Source: an uncultured Chloroflexota bacterium
Lineage (GTDB): Bacteria > Chloroflexota > Dehalococcoidia > Lucifugimonadales > UBA1127
Length of the DNA: 64,000 bases
Assembly: GCA_913045315.1 (NCBI GenBank)
Contig: CAJWQJ010000003.1
Coordinates: 31,732 to 95,731 of the forward strand
Direction: 5' to 3'
Of this stretch, positions 1 to 9,674 are shown one piece after another. How positions within the stretch are numbered: position 1 is the stretch's first letter; the number at the start of each line of letters is the position of its first letter. The translations under genes and the position numbers were made by a program. The notes beneath the pieces were generated by a model. It was given only the letters and a program-made list of their open reading frames with translations, did not search any database and was not told where the DNA came from.

Positions 1-291
1 GTATTTGCAAGAAGTGTTGCTAAATTAAATGTATTATCCGAACTCACCCTTCCATTTTTGGCAATAGAAGGAAAAGCAATTTTTCATAAAAGATTTCCTA
101 TAGATGATGAGTTAGAAAATTCTAAATTCTCAATAAACATTCTTGGTGGATCTAATCCTGAAATTTTTCCTGTTAATCACGCTAGTTTGCCTGATCGATC
201 AATATTGGTGAAAATTTTGAAAACTACACCATCCCCTTTGAAATATCCGAGACGGGTGGGTATTCCAAATAAAAGACCTTTGAGTGGATAG
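1..291 (+). CDS. rsmG: 16S rRNA m7G527 methyltransferase RsmG (GidB), C-terminal part; gene starts before the window
   Basis: Frame 1 is open from base 1: VFARSVAKLNVLSELTLPFL...ILGG...KTTPSPLKYPRRVGIPNKRPL, matching the RsmG ARAVA motif and C-terminal YPRRxGxPxKxPL. Confidence 0.85.
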   Translation, partial: VFARSVAKLNVLSELTLPFLAIEGKAIFHKRFPIDDELENSKFSINILGGSNPEIFPVNHASLPDRSILVKILKTTPSPLKYPRRVGIPNKRPLSG

Positions 292-299
292 TTTTTTAA

Positions 300-2024
300 T
301 TATGTCCTTCCAAATTGTTTTGAAATGTCACCAGATTGTATTCTTAGGATAGTTGGTCTTCCATGAGGACATGTTTCAGGTGCGTTACATTTTGCTAAAT
401 CATTGATCAAATTATTCATTTCATTGTGATTCATGGATTGACCTGCTCTTATGGAGCTATGACAAGCAATAGTCGCAGCAAGTTTTTCATGAATTATTGG
501 GATTTTTTGGTTTTCAGATATAACATCGATGATTTCTCTGAAAACCAGATCAATATTCTTTCCACTTATTATAGTTGGTACAGATCTAATGACGTATGAG
601 GAATTTCCGAAAATTTCAACTTCCCAGCCGTAATTGGATAAATTTTCTAGATTTTTCCTAATTAAATTGATTATGTGTTCGTTTGCACTATCAATTACTG
701 GCTCTAGTAATCCTTGTTGGATGTTGATTTCGTCTTTTTGTTCTTGAAGTATTTTTTCATAGTTAATTCTCTCATGGGCAGCATGTTGGTCTATTAGTGT
801 TAATTCTTTTTCATTATTGTACAAGATGTACGATTGCCAGATTTGCCCTAAAATTTTGTTTTCGTTTGAAAAGTCTTCTATTCCTGAAAAAATTTGAAAT
901 TTATGAGTTGTCCATTCATTGGATTTTGAATTTGAAATATGTTCGTAATCATTAATCTTTCCACTTGATAAAGCTATGTTTTCAGCTGGCCATGAAATAT
1001 CTTTTTGTATTGATCCAGATACAAAATTTGTAATTGATGATGTTTTGATTAATTCTGCTCTAATTACGTTACTAATTATTCCTAGGAGTTCATTTTGCTT
1101 GTGTATTCTTACCTCAGTCTTTGCTGGATGTACATTTGCATCAATCTCCTTTGGCGGTAATTTGATGGATAGGCTTACTACTGGATATCTTCCTATAGGT
1201 AAAAAACCTCTGTATGCATTAGTGATGCTATGCGTGATATTTCGGTTCAGTACTGGCCGACCATTTATAGATATATTGATATATTTTCTATTGCTTCTAC
1301 TGATTGACGGAGGGCTTACAAGAGCTTCTATATCTATGAGTTCATTATATTCTCTAATAGATATTAGGGATTCTGCTGTTTTTACTCCGTAAAGAGCAGT
1401 TATAACTTCTCTATGGTTATTCATGCCATAAGATGACAATAAGGTTTTACCATCACTTTCAAGTGAGAAATCTTTTTCTGGGTAGTTTATTGCGTATGGT
1501 GTAACTACTGATTGAATTTTACCTATCATAGATCTTGTTGAACCCATGAACTTTAGGCGTGCGGGTAGATTAGAGAATAAATTAGTTACTGAAACGATAG
1601 TTCCTTCATTGCCCATCCAAGGTTCCCAGTATACTAATGAGCCTTTTTGTCCTTGGAGTCTAGTTCCGGTAGTTTCATTTTTCGCCCGTGTATGAATTTC
1701 TATTTCAGACACTGAAGAAAGAGAATGCAGGGCTTCTCCCCGAAAACCAAGAGAAATGATATTTTCTAAATCCTTTTCAGTTTGTATCTTTGAAGTCGCA
1801 TGTCGTTTAAATAATGAATGGATATCGTCTTGGGCTATACCGGATCCATTATCAAGTATTGTTATTTGATTGAGTCCACCGTTTGCTATTTGTATTTTAA
1901 TGGTTGAACTATCAGCATCAATGGAATTTTCAACAAGTTCTTTAATTGCCGATGCTGCATTTTCTACTACTTCACCTGCAGCTATCTGAGCAGCTAGAAA
2001 TGGTGTCAAAATTTGTATACTCAT
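300..2024 (-). CDS. mutL: DNA mismatch repair endonuclease MutL
   Basis: IAAGEVVE, KELVENSIDA, RHATSK, GFRGEAL ATPase motifs; endonuclease motifs DQHAAHERINYE, ACH, CPHGRP. Confidence 0.97.
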   Translation of the reverse strand: MSIQILTPFLAAQIAAGEVVENAASAIKELVENSIDADSSTIKIQIANGGLNQITILDNGSGIAQDDIHSLFKRHATSKIQTEKDLENIISLGFRGEALHSLSSVSEIEIHTRAKNETTGTRLQGQKGSLVYWEPWMGNEGTIVSVTNLFSNLPARLKFMGSTRSMIGKIQSVVTPYAINYPEKDFSLESDGKTLLSSYGMNNHREVITALYGVKTAESLISIREYNELIDIEALVSPPSISRSNRKYINISINGRPVLNRNITHSITNAYRGFLPIGRYPVVSLSIKLPPKEIDANVHPAKTEVRIHKQNELLGIISNVIRAELIKTSSITNFVSGSIQKDISWPAENIALSSGKINDYEHISNSKSNEWTTHKFQIFSGIEDFSNENKILGQIWQSYILYNNEKELTLIDQHAAHERINYEKILQEQKDEINIQQGLLEPVIDSANEHIINLIRKNLENLSNYGWEVEIFGNSSYVIRSVPTIISGKNIDLVFREIIDVISENQKIPIIHEKLAATIACHSSIRAGQSMNHNEMNNLINDLAKCNAPETCPHGRPTILRIQSGDISKQFGRT

Positions 2025-2039
2025 AGTGAGTTTATCGCA

Positions 2040-2489
2040 TCAGTCTTTGTATAACCCTAGAGGTCTTGGTCTAAACGCGTGATCATCTGATGAACCAGTT
2101 TCGTCATATATTGATATTATGTTGTACATATGTTCCATTTCTCTGTCATAGTTGTCACCTGCAAAGAAAGCTTTTATAAGCCCTCCACCTAAAGCTGAAA
2201 CTATTTCTTCGTGATCATCTACTACGAAATCAGGGTACACATCAATTTCTCCCTCATTGAATTTTTTCTTTACGAGTTCCTCGAAATCATCTATTGGTTT
2301 TGAGGAAACGCCAGCAATATATTCAGAAAGTCCTAATTTTTCTACTTCACTTGATCTGTTACCTAAACCAGACCATATGTATAGTGTGTGACCATCATCA
2401 ATAAGTTGCTCGAAAGTTTCTATTACTAGAGGTCGAAGAGTACCTGTAAGGCCGATAAGTGTGTAATCCATGTCAAAAAATATATTCAA
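2040..2489 (-). CDS. Small capless HAD-superfamily hydrolase
   Basis: Motif I FFDMDYTL, motif II IWSG, motif IV VVDD; 149 aa; TTG start with AAAGGAG upstream. Confidence 0.75.
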   Translation of the reverse strand: MNIFFDMDYTLIGLTGTLRPLVIETFEQLIDDGHTLYIWSGLGNRSSEVEKLGLSEYIAGVSSKPIDDFEELVKKKFNEGEIDVYPDFVVDDHEEIVSALGGGLIKAFFAGDNYDREMEHMYNIISIYDETGSSDDHAFRPRPLGLYKD

Positions 2490-2700
2490 TTAGCTTTTGG
2501 TCTCCTTTGAAAATATGAAAGTTATGAAGCACTTGTACAATTCTACTCTATCAAAATAGCTTAATTGATGGAAGAAGAAAATACCTTTAAGGTTATTTGA
2601 TTTCTGTGCACAGTCTTAGTATAGTTGTATTGTATGATAATGGAAGTATTGCTAACTAGCAGTATTGTTGTACATTCAAAAATAAATCCTGGAGGGTTTC

Positions 2701-3102
2701 TTGCCAATAGTTATCAGTTTTGATATTGATGGAACACTAGAAGTTGGTGATCCCCCAGGAATAGTTACAATGGATATGGTTAGGCGTGCAATTGCACATG
2801 GGCATATTGTTGGTAGTTGCTCTGATAATACAGTTTCTAATCAGATAGAACTTTGGGAAGAACATCAAATTAATGTGGCCTTTACCATATTAAAGCACAA
2901 TCTTGACGATGTTAAAGAAAGATTCGAGGCGGAGAAATATTTTCATTTGGGGGATACCTTTATGGATAAATATTTTGCTAATCAATCTGGATTCGAATTT
3001 ATTGATGTAACCGATAAAAGCGATTCAATTTGGGAGCCATTTCAGCCATATCTTTCTGATATGGACCCTTGGTGGATAGATCCTTTGCCTGACATTAATT
3101 AG
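2701..3102 (+). CDS. Small capless HAD-superfamily hydrolase
   Basis: Motif I SFDIDGTL, motif II GSCS, Lys in ILKH, motif IV LGDTFMD; GGAGG RBS before TTG. Confidence 0.78.
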   Translation: MPIVISFDIDGTLEVGDPPGIVTMDMVRRAIAHGHIVGSCSDNTVSNQIELWEEHQINVAFTILKHNLDDVKERFEAEKYFHLGDTFMDKYFANQSGFEFIDVTDKSDSIWEPFQPYLSDMDPWWIDPLPDIN

Positions 3103-5671
3103 TTTTATCCTGCAATCTGGTTATTCTTTCGCGTAATTCATTTAATAGATTTATTGCATCGATTGGCTTCGTTTCAGCTATGTCTATAGATTTTAGTTTT
3201 TGAATTATTCCCATCAACTCTTTCGGAATTGAATAACCTTCTGTCGATTGAGATTCTTTTTCAGGTAGGTTATTTTCTGATTCGAATAGTTTTAATAGTT
3301 CAAATGCCCTTTGTGTAACTGTTTTTGGTAATCCAGCCAATTCGCCAACTTGAATACCATAGCTTTTATCAGCTTTCCCAGGATATATTTTATGAAGGAA
3401 TATAACTTTTCCATTTATTTCTTCAACAGCAACATTTTGCAATACCAATTTAGAGAGTGACTCTTCAAGCTTGGTAAGTTCATGGTAGTGAGTTGCAAAT
3501 AAAGTTTTAGATCCTAAGTTTCTTGATTCGTGAATATGTTCAGCTACGGCTTGAGCAATTGCTAATCCATCGAAAGTACTTGTACCTCGTCCAATTTCGT
3601 CAAGAATTATTAATGATTTTGTAGTAGCCTGACTTAATATCATCGCAGTTTCAACCATTTCCACCATGAAAGTGGATTGTCCAGTTCCTAAATCGTCCTG
3701 GAGGCCTACGCGTGTAAAAATCCTATCTGCAATATCTATACATGCATACTTAGCCGGGACGAAAGAACCTATTTGAGTCATTAATTGTATTAACGCTACC
3801 TGTCTAATATAGGTGGATTTTCCTGACATATTAGGTCCAGTGAGTATGACTAAAGATGATTGATCATGATCAAGTTGCGTGTCGTTTGGAATGAATGTCC
3901 CATTAGGTATTAATTCCTCTACAATTGGATGTCTGCCCTCAATAATAGTAGTGCTAGAGGAGTTGCTGAGAATTGGTTTTACATAATTATTTTTTGTAGC
4001 TATTTCTGCTAATCCTCTGAAGCAATCTATTTCGGCAATGATTTTTGCAATAATCAGCATGAACATTGAGTTCGATGATGCTTTATTGCAAAGATCATCG
4101 AATAATTCACCCTCAATTTCATTGATTAATTTTTCAGATTCAAGTACGGATCTTTCATGTTTTTTAAGTTCTTCAGTGATGAATCTTTCTGCATTGGTTA
4201 ATGTTTGTCTTCTAATATATTTTTCAGGGATTTTTTCTAAGTTAGATTTTGATACTTCAATGTAGTATCCATAAATTCTATTAAATCCTACTTTTAGTGA
4301 TTTAATTCCTGTTGAAATCTGTTCTTGTTGTTCTAATTTCAGTATGTAATTTCTTCCTTCTGTAAGTATATCCTTTTCTATGTCAAGAATTTTCGAATAT
4401 CCCTGATTAAAGATTGGTTTTAGTCCTGTAGAGTCCTCATTTAAAGCAGAATCAATTAGTTTAATAGTTGCCTTACAGCTTTCAACTGAATCGATAAATT
4501 CTTGCGTAACAATATTATTTGAATTTTTCAAGAGTTTTATTAACAGTGGCAAAACTTTTATGCTTTCAGATATAGATATAAGATCTCGTGGAGAGGCAGT
4601 TCCCACGAGCAATCTATTTATTAATCTTTCTATGTCGGATATTTTTGATAAATGAGAGGAACTTTCGTTGAGAGCCATTCGATGATTTGTAAACCATTCT
4701 ACAGAGTTTAATCGATTTTCTATTTCCAATCTGTTAAGTAAAGGTTGGCCAATCCATTTGTTGAACAACCTACCTCCCATAGGAGTCTTAGTTGCATCAA
4801 TGGTGTTTATGAGAGCTTTTCCTCCACCAAAACGACCACCCTGAAACAATTCTAAGTTTCTTTTTGTTTGGACATCTAGAATCATATACTCCTCAGTTGA
4901 GTAATATTTAATAGTTTTGATTTGTGGGATTAGGTTCATTTGGGTTTCTCTTAAGTAATCTATTGCATTAATACTAGCTTGTAGGGCTAAAGGGGACTTT
5001 TCTAACCCAAAATCCTCCAGGTCTTTAATATTGAAATGTTTTAGCAATTTCGTTTTTGCTTTTTGATAGGAGGAATGATGTTTAAGTATAGATATGGGTA
5101 TTTGTAATTCTATTTCTCTTAGGAGCGATGACATTTGAGAATCATTTGATAGGAGAATGATTTCTTTTGGTTCTATTCTATCTAATTCTGTGATTAATTT
5201 TTCTATAGATATTTGAGTTGTAAAAAAATTCCCTGTTGAAATATCAGTGTATGCTATTCCTACATCATAATTTTGGCTTACAATAGCCAAGAGATGGTTA
5301 CTATTATTGGGATTAAGTAGATTAGGTTCGATAATAGTGCCTGGAGTTATTTTACGGACTACTTCTCTTTTAAATAAGCTTCTTGTTTCATCAGCTACAC
5401 CTGTTTGTTCGCATATAGCTACTTTGTGTCCTTGTCGAATTAATCTAGGGAGATATGAATCAAGGGCATGATGAGGTATTCCTGCCATTTTTACTCTTTG
5501 CCCCTTGCCCATTTCGCGTGACGTCAAGACAATATCAAGTGATTGAGAAAGTTTCTCAGCGTCTTCATCAAAAGCTTCATAAAAATCTCCCAAACGGAAC
5601 AACAAAATACTGTCATAATGTTGACTTTTTACTTCTAAGTATTGTTTCCGTAATGGTGTGACTTGTTCCAT
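3095..5671 (-). CDS. mutS: DNA mismatch repair protein MutS
   Basis: FRLGDFYEAF mismatch-binding motif; TGPNMSGKSTY Walker A; STFMVEM; DEIGRGTST; FATHYHEL. Confidence 0.98.
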   Translation of the reverse strand: MEQVTPLRKQYLEVKSQHYDSILLFRLGDFYEAFDEDAEKLSQSLDIVLTSREMGKGQRVKMAGIPHHALDSYLPRLIRQGHKVAICEQTGVADETRSLFKREVVRKITPGTIIEPNLLNPNNSNHLLAIVSQNYDVGIAYTDISTGNFFTTQISIEKLITELDRIEPKEIILLSNDSQMSSLLREIELQIPISILKHHSSYQKAKTKLLKHFNIKDLEDFGLEKSPLALQASINAIDYLRETQMNLIPQIKTIKYYSTEEYMILDVQTKRNLELFQGGRFGGGKALINTIDATKTPMGGRLFNKWIGQPLLNRLEIENRLNSVEWFTNHRMALNESSSHLSKISDIERLINRLLVGTASPRDLISISESIKVLPLLIKLLKNSNNIVTQEFIDSVESCKATIKLIDSALNEDSTGLKPIFNQGYSKILDIEKDILTEGRNYILKLEQQEQISTGIKSLKVGFNRIYGYYIEVSKSNLEKIPEKYIRRQTLTNAERFITEELKKHERSVLESEKLINEIEGELFDDLCNKASSNSMFMLIIAKIIAEIDCFRGLAEIATKNNYVKPILSNSSSTTIIEGRHPIVEELIPNGTFIPNDTQLDHDQSSLVILTGPNMSGKSTYIRQVALIQLMTQIGSFVPAKYACIDIADRIFTRVGLQDDLGTGQSTFMVEMVETAMILSQATTKSLIILDEIGRGTSTFDGLAIAQAVAEHIHESRNLGSKTLFATHYHELTKLEESLSKLVLQNVAVEEINGKVIFLHKIYPGKADKSYGIQVGELAGLPKTVTQRAFELLKLFESENNLPEKESQSTEGYSIPKELMGIIQKLKSIDIAETKPIDAINLLNELRERITRLQDKTN

Positions 5672-5748
5672 AAGTATTCATTATAAGTGAAAATAATTTG
5701 ATGGTCTCTCGGTAAATAAAAAGATTAAACTTTCAAACTCATTGAAGA

Positions 5749-6516
5749 TTATAAAGAATTGTGATTATTATCAATACTTTTAATAAAGGTTAATTCTTTA
5801 GAGCTAAGTTGTGCTTTTTCTAGGAGATCAGGTCTATTTTTCTTTGTTCTTTTTATGGATTCTTGCTTTTTCCAAGTTTGAATTTCTTTGTGATTTCCAG
5901 ACCTTAAAACTTCTGGTACAGAAAATCCTCTGTATTCATGAGGACGCGTATATGATGGACTTTCTAAAAGATTATTTTCGAAAGTTTCATTCATTGTTGA
6001 GCTTTCGTCACCCAAAACTCCAGGAATTAATCTTGATATCGCGTCAATAATTATCATTGCTGGTAATTCTCCGCCTGTTAAGATGTAATCCCCAATACTA
6101 ATGCTTTCTGTTACAAGATTTTCTTCTACTCTCGCATCGATCCCGCCGTAATGTCCACATATAAAAATCAAATTCGATTTTGTTGCCAAATCAAGTGCTA
6201 TTGATTGATTGAATGGTTTTCCCTGTGGTGATAATAGAATGATTGGAATCTCATTGGTATTAATTGATGGATTGGTTGACTTATATTGTTTCTTTACATC
6301 TTCTACGCAATCGAAAATAGGTTCAGGTTTCATAATCATTCCCGGACCTCCACCATATGGTGCATCATCTACCATTTTATGACGATCTTTTGCGTAGTCT
6401 CTGATGTTAAATATATCAACATTAAGAATTTTTTTATCAATTGCTCTCTTTAGTATGCTCTCAGACATTGGGGAAAAAAACATGGAAGGAAATAAACTTA
6501 ATATTGAAATGTTCAT
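5749..6516 (-). CDS. trmD: tRNA (guanine-N1)-methyltransferase TrmD
   Basis: VDDAPYGGGPGM, LSPQG, CGHYGGID, SIGDYILTGGE, YTRP. Confidence 0.97.
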   Translation of the reverse strand: MNISILSLFPSMFFSPMSESILKRAIDKKILNVDIFNIRDYAKDRHKMVDDAPYGGGPGMIMKPEPIFDCVEDVKKQYKSTNPSINTNEIPIILLSPQGKPFNQSIALDLATKSNLIFICGHYGGIDARVEENLVTESISIGDYILTGGELPAMIIIDAISRLIPGVLGDESSTMNETFENNLLESPSYTRPHEYRGFSVPEVLRSGNHKEIQTWKKQESIKRTKKNRPDLLEKAQLSSKELTFIKSIDNNHNSL

Positions 6517-6552
6517 TTTTTCTCCAATGAGATTTAATTCTCAATTAAGAAA

Positions 6553-7035
6553 TTAATTTGTGTGATTTTCTATTTGTTGTGACATAGTTTCAAGTATGTG
6601 AGGTATTAAATTTTGAATAACACTTAATGACTCTTTTGCACCTTGAGGACTTCCTGGAAGGTTAATTATAAGACAACTTCCAAGTGTTCCTGAAATACCA
6701 CGACTTAGTGATGACATAGGAGAAAATTTATACGTTTCTCGTCGCATTAGTTCTGAAAGCCCTATTGATTTTCGATCTAAAATTTTCTCCGTAGCTTCTG
6801 GAGTGACGTCATCTTTTCCGAAACCTGTACCACCTGTAGTAAGTATCAAGTTTGTTAATTCTGACCAATTAATGAGAGTTGCTGTTATTAATTCAAAATC
6901 GTCAGGTATAATTTTCTCTAATGTGACATTAAAATCTTCCGAAGAAATCATGTCACGTAATGTAGGTCCACTTTTATCTACCCGATTACCTGATGAACCT
7001 GATGTGCTTATTGTTAAAATACCTACTGTGTACAA
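6553..7035 (-). CDS. MogA/MoaB-family molybdopterin adenylyltransferase
   Basis: DKSGP, TTGGTGFGKDDVTPEAT, INLPGSP. Confidence 0.9.
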   Translation of the reverse strand: MYTVGILTISTSGSSGNRVDKSGPTLRDMISSEDFNVTLEKIIPDDFELITATLINWSELTNLILTTGGTGFGKDDVTPEATEKILDRKSIGLSELMRRETYKFSPMSSLSRGISGTLGSCLIINLPGSPQGAKESLSVIQNLIPHILETMSQQIENHTN

Positions 7036-7126
7036 TTCAATGCTCCAAATATTTACGCCATCGTATCACAATAATTATAAAATTTAAAATTTTTTGAGAA
7101 ATTAATTAGTAATTTTTTGAAATGAA

Positions 7127-7155
7127 TTGACAAATTTTTTGCATACCACTACAGT
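7127..7155 (+). promoter_or_regulatory. Putative sigma70-type promoter of rsmH
   Basis: TTGACA (7127-7132), 17 nt, TACAGT (7150-7155). Confidence 0.5.
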
Positions 7156-7203
7156 AGTGACAGTTTACTTCTGGGTGCTTTGCATTTAAGGGTGAATTTG
7201 TTG

Positions 7204-8160
7204 ATGGATAATGAGTTTCAAGACGTCTCAGCTGATAGCTTTCTTGGATCCCATGAGCCTGTAATGGTTGATGAGGTTCTTCATTTCCTCAATATTTCGC
7301 CTTCCGGAAATTATATAGATTGCACTCTTGGAGGTGGTGGACATTCGATTGCTATACTTGATTCTACGGAATCCTCTTCCAGGATTCTTGCTTGTGAGGT
7401 TGATATTGATGTATTTAGAAGTTCCTCCCTTAAATTCTCGGAGTATAGTAAGAGAATAAAAATAGTTAATGATAGTTATGTAAATGTCAGTGTTATCGCT
7501 GAGAGGGTTGGTTTTTCTAAGGTTGATGGAATAATTTTTGATCTTGGGGTATCTAGTATGCACCTTGATGTTGGATATAGAGGCTTTAGTATTATGAGGG
7601 ATGGCCCATTGGATATGAGATTTAATTTATCACAAAATCTTACCGCCTATGATGTTGTTAATTCCTATAATTTTTCTGACTTAGAACATCTTTTACGAAT
7701 GTATGGTGGTGAAAAAAAATCCCGTCAGATTGCACGTGAAATCATTCAGAACAGGCCTATTTCTACAACTATTAAATTAGCTGCAGTAATATCAAAGGTA
7801 TTTAATAACTGGCGTGGTCGTATACACCCTGCGACTAAATCATTTCAGGCTATACGTATAGAAGTTAATCACGAATTGAAGACTATTGAGAATGGAATCA
7901 AATCCTCAATTAATTTACTGAAATCTGGTGGTAGGCTTTGTGTTATTGCTTATCATTCTTTAGAAGTTCAAATTATACGGAATATTTTTAGGGAAGCTAC
8001 ATTGGATTGTTTATGTCCTAGATGGTTCCCAGTATGTAGGTGTGATCATAATCCATCATTAAAGATTATTACACAGAAAGCAGTTACGCCTACTTTGGAA
8101 GAAGTGAAGAAAAATCCAAGGTGTAGATCTGCCAGCCTTAGAGTGGCGGAACATATATGA
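7204..8160 (+). CDS. rsmH: 16S rRNA m4C1402 methyltransferase RsmH (MraW)
   Basis: HEPVM, DCTLGGGGHS, DLGVSSMHLD, DGPLDMR, HPATKSFQAIRIEVN, NPRCRSASLR; ATG at 7204 preferred over TTG at 7180. Confidence 0.96.
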   Translation: MDNEFQDVSADSFLGSHEPVMVDEVLHFLNISPSGNYIDCTLGGGGHSIAILDSTESSSRILACEVDIDVFRSSSLKFSEYSKRIKIVNDSYVNVSVIAERVGFSKVDGIIFDLGVSSMHLDVGYRGFSIMRDGPLDMRFNLSQNLTAYDVVNSYNFSDLEHLLRMYGGEKKSRQIAREIIQNRPISTTIKLAAVISKVFNNWRGRIHPATKSFQAIRIEVNHELKTIENGIKSSINLLKSGGRLCVIAYHSLEVQIIRNIFREATLDCLCPRWFPVCRCDHNPSLKIITQKAVTPTLEEVKKNPRCRSASLRVAEHI

Positions 8161-8190
8161 GATGGAGGATTGCTCTGTCTATCGATATTT

Positions 8191-8269
8191 GCTATGTCAG
8201 GAATTATGAGGGTGTTAGCCAATCACTGTCATCCCCCCTCGGTTGGCACCCTTATGGTTCCTGGTTAGC
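8191..8269 (+). ncRNA. Putative structured RNA hairpin between rsmH and ftsA
   Basis: 8198-8220 pairs uninterrupted with 8241-8263 (23 bp including 6 G-U pairs); 20-nt loop ending CCCCCCUC. Confidence 0.5.
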
Positions 8270-8371
8270 TTAAGGGTTAGTTTAAGAATTACTCACAGTA
8301 TAAAATTATGCTGAAGAGTCATTAAGAGCCATTTTTCTGTCAGGATTGACAGTGAGAAAGGGGCACGATAA

Positions 8372-9628
8372 ATGCCAAAGAATGTAATAGTTTCAGTTGT
8401 TGATGTGGGCACATCAAAAATTTCAACACTAGTAGCGAATGCTCTTCCTGGTGAAAAACCTCGACTTATAGGTGTAGGATTTTCTAATTCTTCTGGAGTA
8501 AAAAAAGGTGCAATCGTTAACGTTGAGGAAGCTGCGAATTCTATTAAATCATCCATTGCGGAAGCCTCTCGTTCTGCAGGAGTTGATATCTCTAGTGCTT
8601 ATGTTTCAACATCGATGAGTCAAGTTGAAATCTTTCCTCGGTGGGGTTCAGCTAGATCAAGTGAATACAATCTACCTCTTGGATATGATGATATTGAAAG
8701 GGCAGTTGATGCATCATATCCCGGTGACCTTTCTCCTGAGAAATATTTGATGCACATAATGCCCAGACTTTATGTGGTAGATGGTCTGACAGGTATAAGA
8801 AATCCTGTGGGTATGCACGCTATAAAACTTGATGTGGAAACACTATCAGTAGTAGGAAGTTCTACGACTATACAGAATTTAATCCATGCAATACGAGGTT
8901 CAAAAGTAAAGGTGGATGGGGTAATTTTCTCTCCTTTAGCTTTGGGAGAGTCAGTCTTAAGCCGAGATGAAAAGGAAATTGGTGTTTTATCTATTGAAAT
9001 CGGTGGAGGAGTTACCTCAGTTTCAGCGTTTCAGGGAGGATCACTTTGGAATTCGTCTGTATTACCGGTTGGAGGACAACAGTTTTCGAGTGATTTAGCA
9101 GTAGCTCTTAATGCTCCGTATGACATAGCCGAAGATGTAAAAATCAAACATGGTCAAGCAAATATGGACGGAATTGGTACAGATGAACAAGTAGAAATAG
9201 AAGCTTTTGGTGATAAGAGGACTGTTCTTGTAGAACGTCGTGAATTGTGTAGATATTTACATGATAGAGCAGAAGAACTTTTCAAGCTTACTAGAATCAA
9301 AATGGAAGAATTTGGTTTTCCAAATGTACCTCCTGCAGGAATTGTTTTATCTGGTGGAGGTGCACTAATGCCGGGTATAGATAGGGTAGCAAGAAGAGTC
9401 TTTTCTGCACCTATAAGAATAGGGTCCCCAAAAGGAGTTGATAATCTTCCAAGCGGAATGGAGTCTCCTGAATATGGATCTTCAATAGGAGCTCTTTTAT
9501 GGGTAGGTAAAAATGAAGATGGAGTAGAACGAAATAATGTTTCCATGAGATTTACAAATGGCTCGAAAAGAGGCACTAGAAGTCCAGTGAGTTGGCTTCG
9601 AGGCCTCGTTAAAGGTGTAGCTTTATAA
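8372..9628 (+). CDS. ftsA: Cell division protein FtsA
   Basis: VDVGTSKI, GVKKGAIVN, RNPVGM, EIGGGVT, PVGGQQ, GIVLSGGGA. Confidence 0.95.
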   Translation: MPKNVIVSVVDVGTSKISTLVANALPGEKPRLIGVGFSNSSGVKKGAIVNVEEAANSIKSSIAEASRSAGVDISSAYVSTSMSQVEIFPRWGSARSSEYNLPLGYDDIERAVDASYPGDLSPEKYLMHIMPRLYVVDGLTGIRNPVGMHAIKLDVETLSVVGSSTTIQNLIHAIRGSKVKVDGVIFSPLALGESVLSRDEKEIGVLSIEIGGGVTSVSAFQGGSLWNSSVLPVGGQQFSSDLAVALNAPYDIAEDVKIKHGQANMDGIGTDEQVEIEAFGDKRTVLVERRELCRYLHDRAEELFKLTRIKMEEFGFPNVPPAGIVLSGGGALMPGIDRVARRVFSAPIRIGSPKGVDNLPSGMESPEYGSSIGALLWVGKNEDGVERNNVSMRFTNGSKRGTRSPVSWLRGLVKGVAL

Positions 9629-9674
9629 AAAACAATAAGTAGAACCTATAATTGTAGATATTAAGGAGGGTCAC

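Noticed and set aside
8005-8049. CxC...CxC cluster (DCLCPRWFPVCRCDH) in RsmH
   Set aside because: A common insertion in RsmH from many lineages; not novel.
8194-8268. 24-codon ORF (MSGIMRVLANHCHPPSVGTLMVPG) as a possible ftsL remnant
   Set aside because: No TM or coiled-coil character and no suitably spaced RBS; the sequence is better explained by the RNA hairpin.
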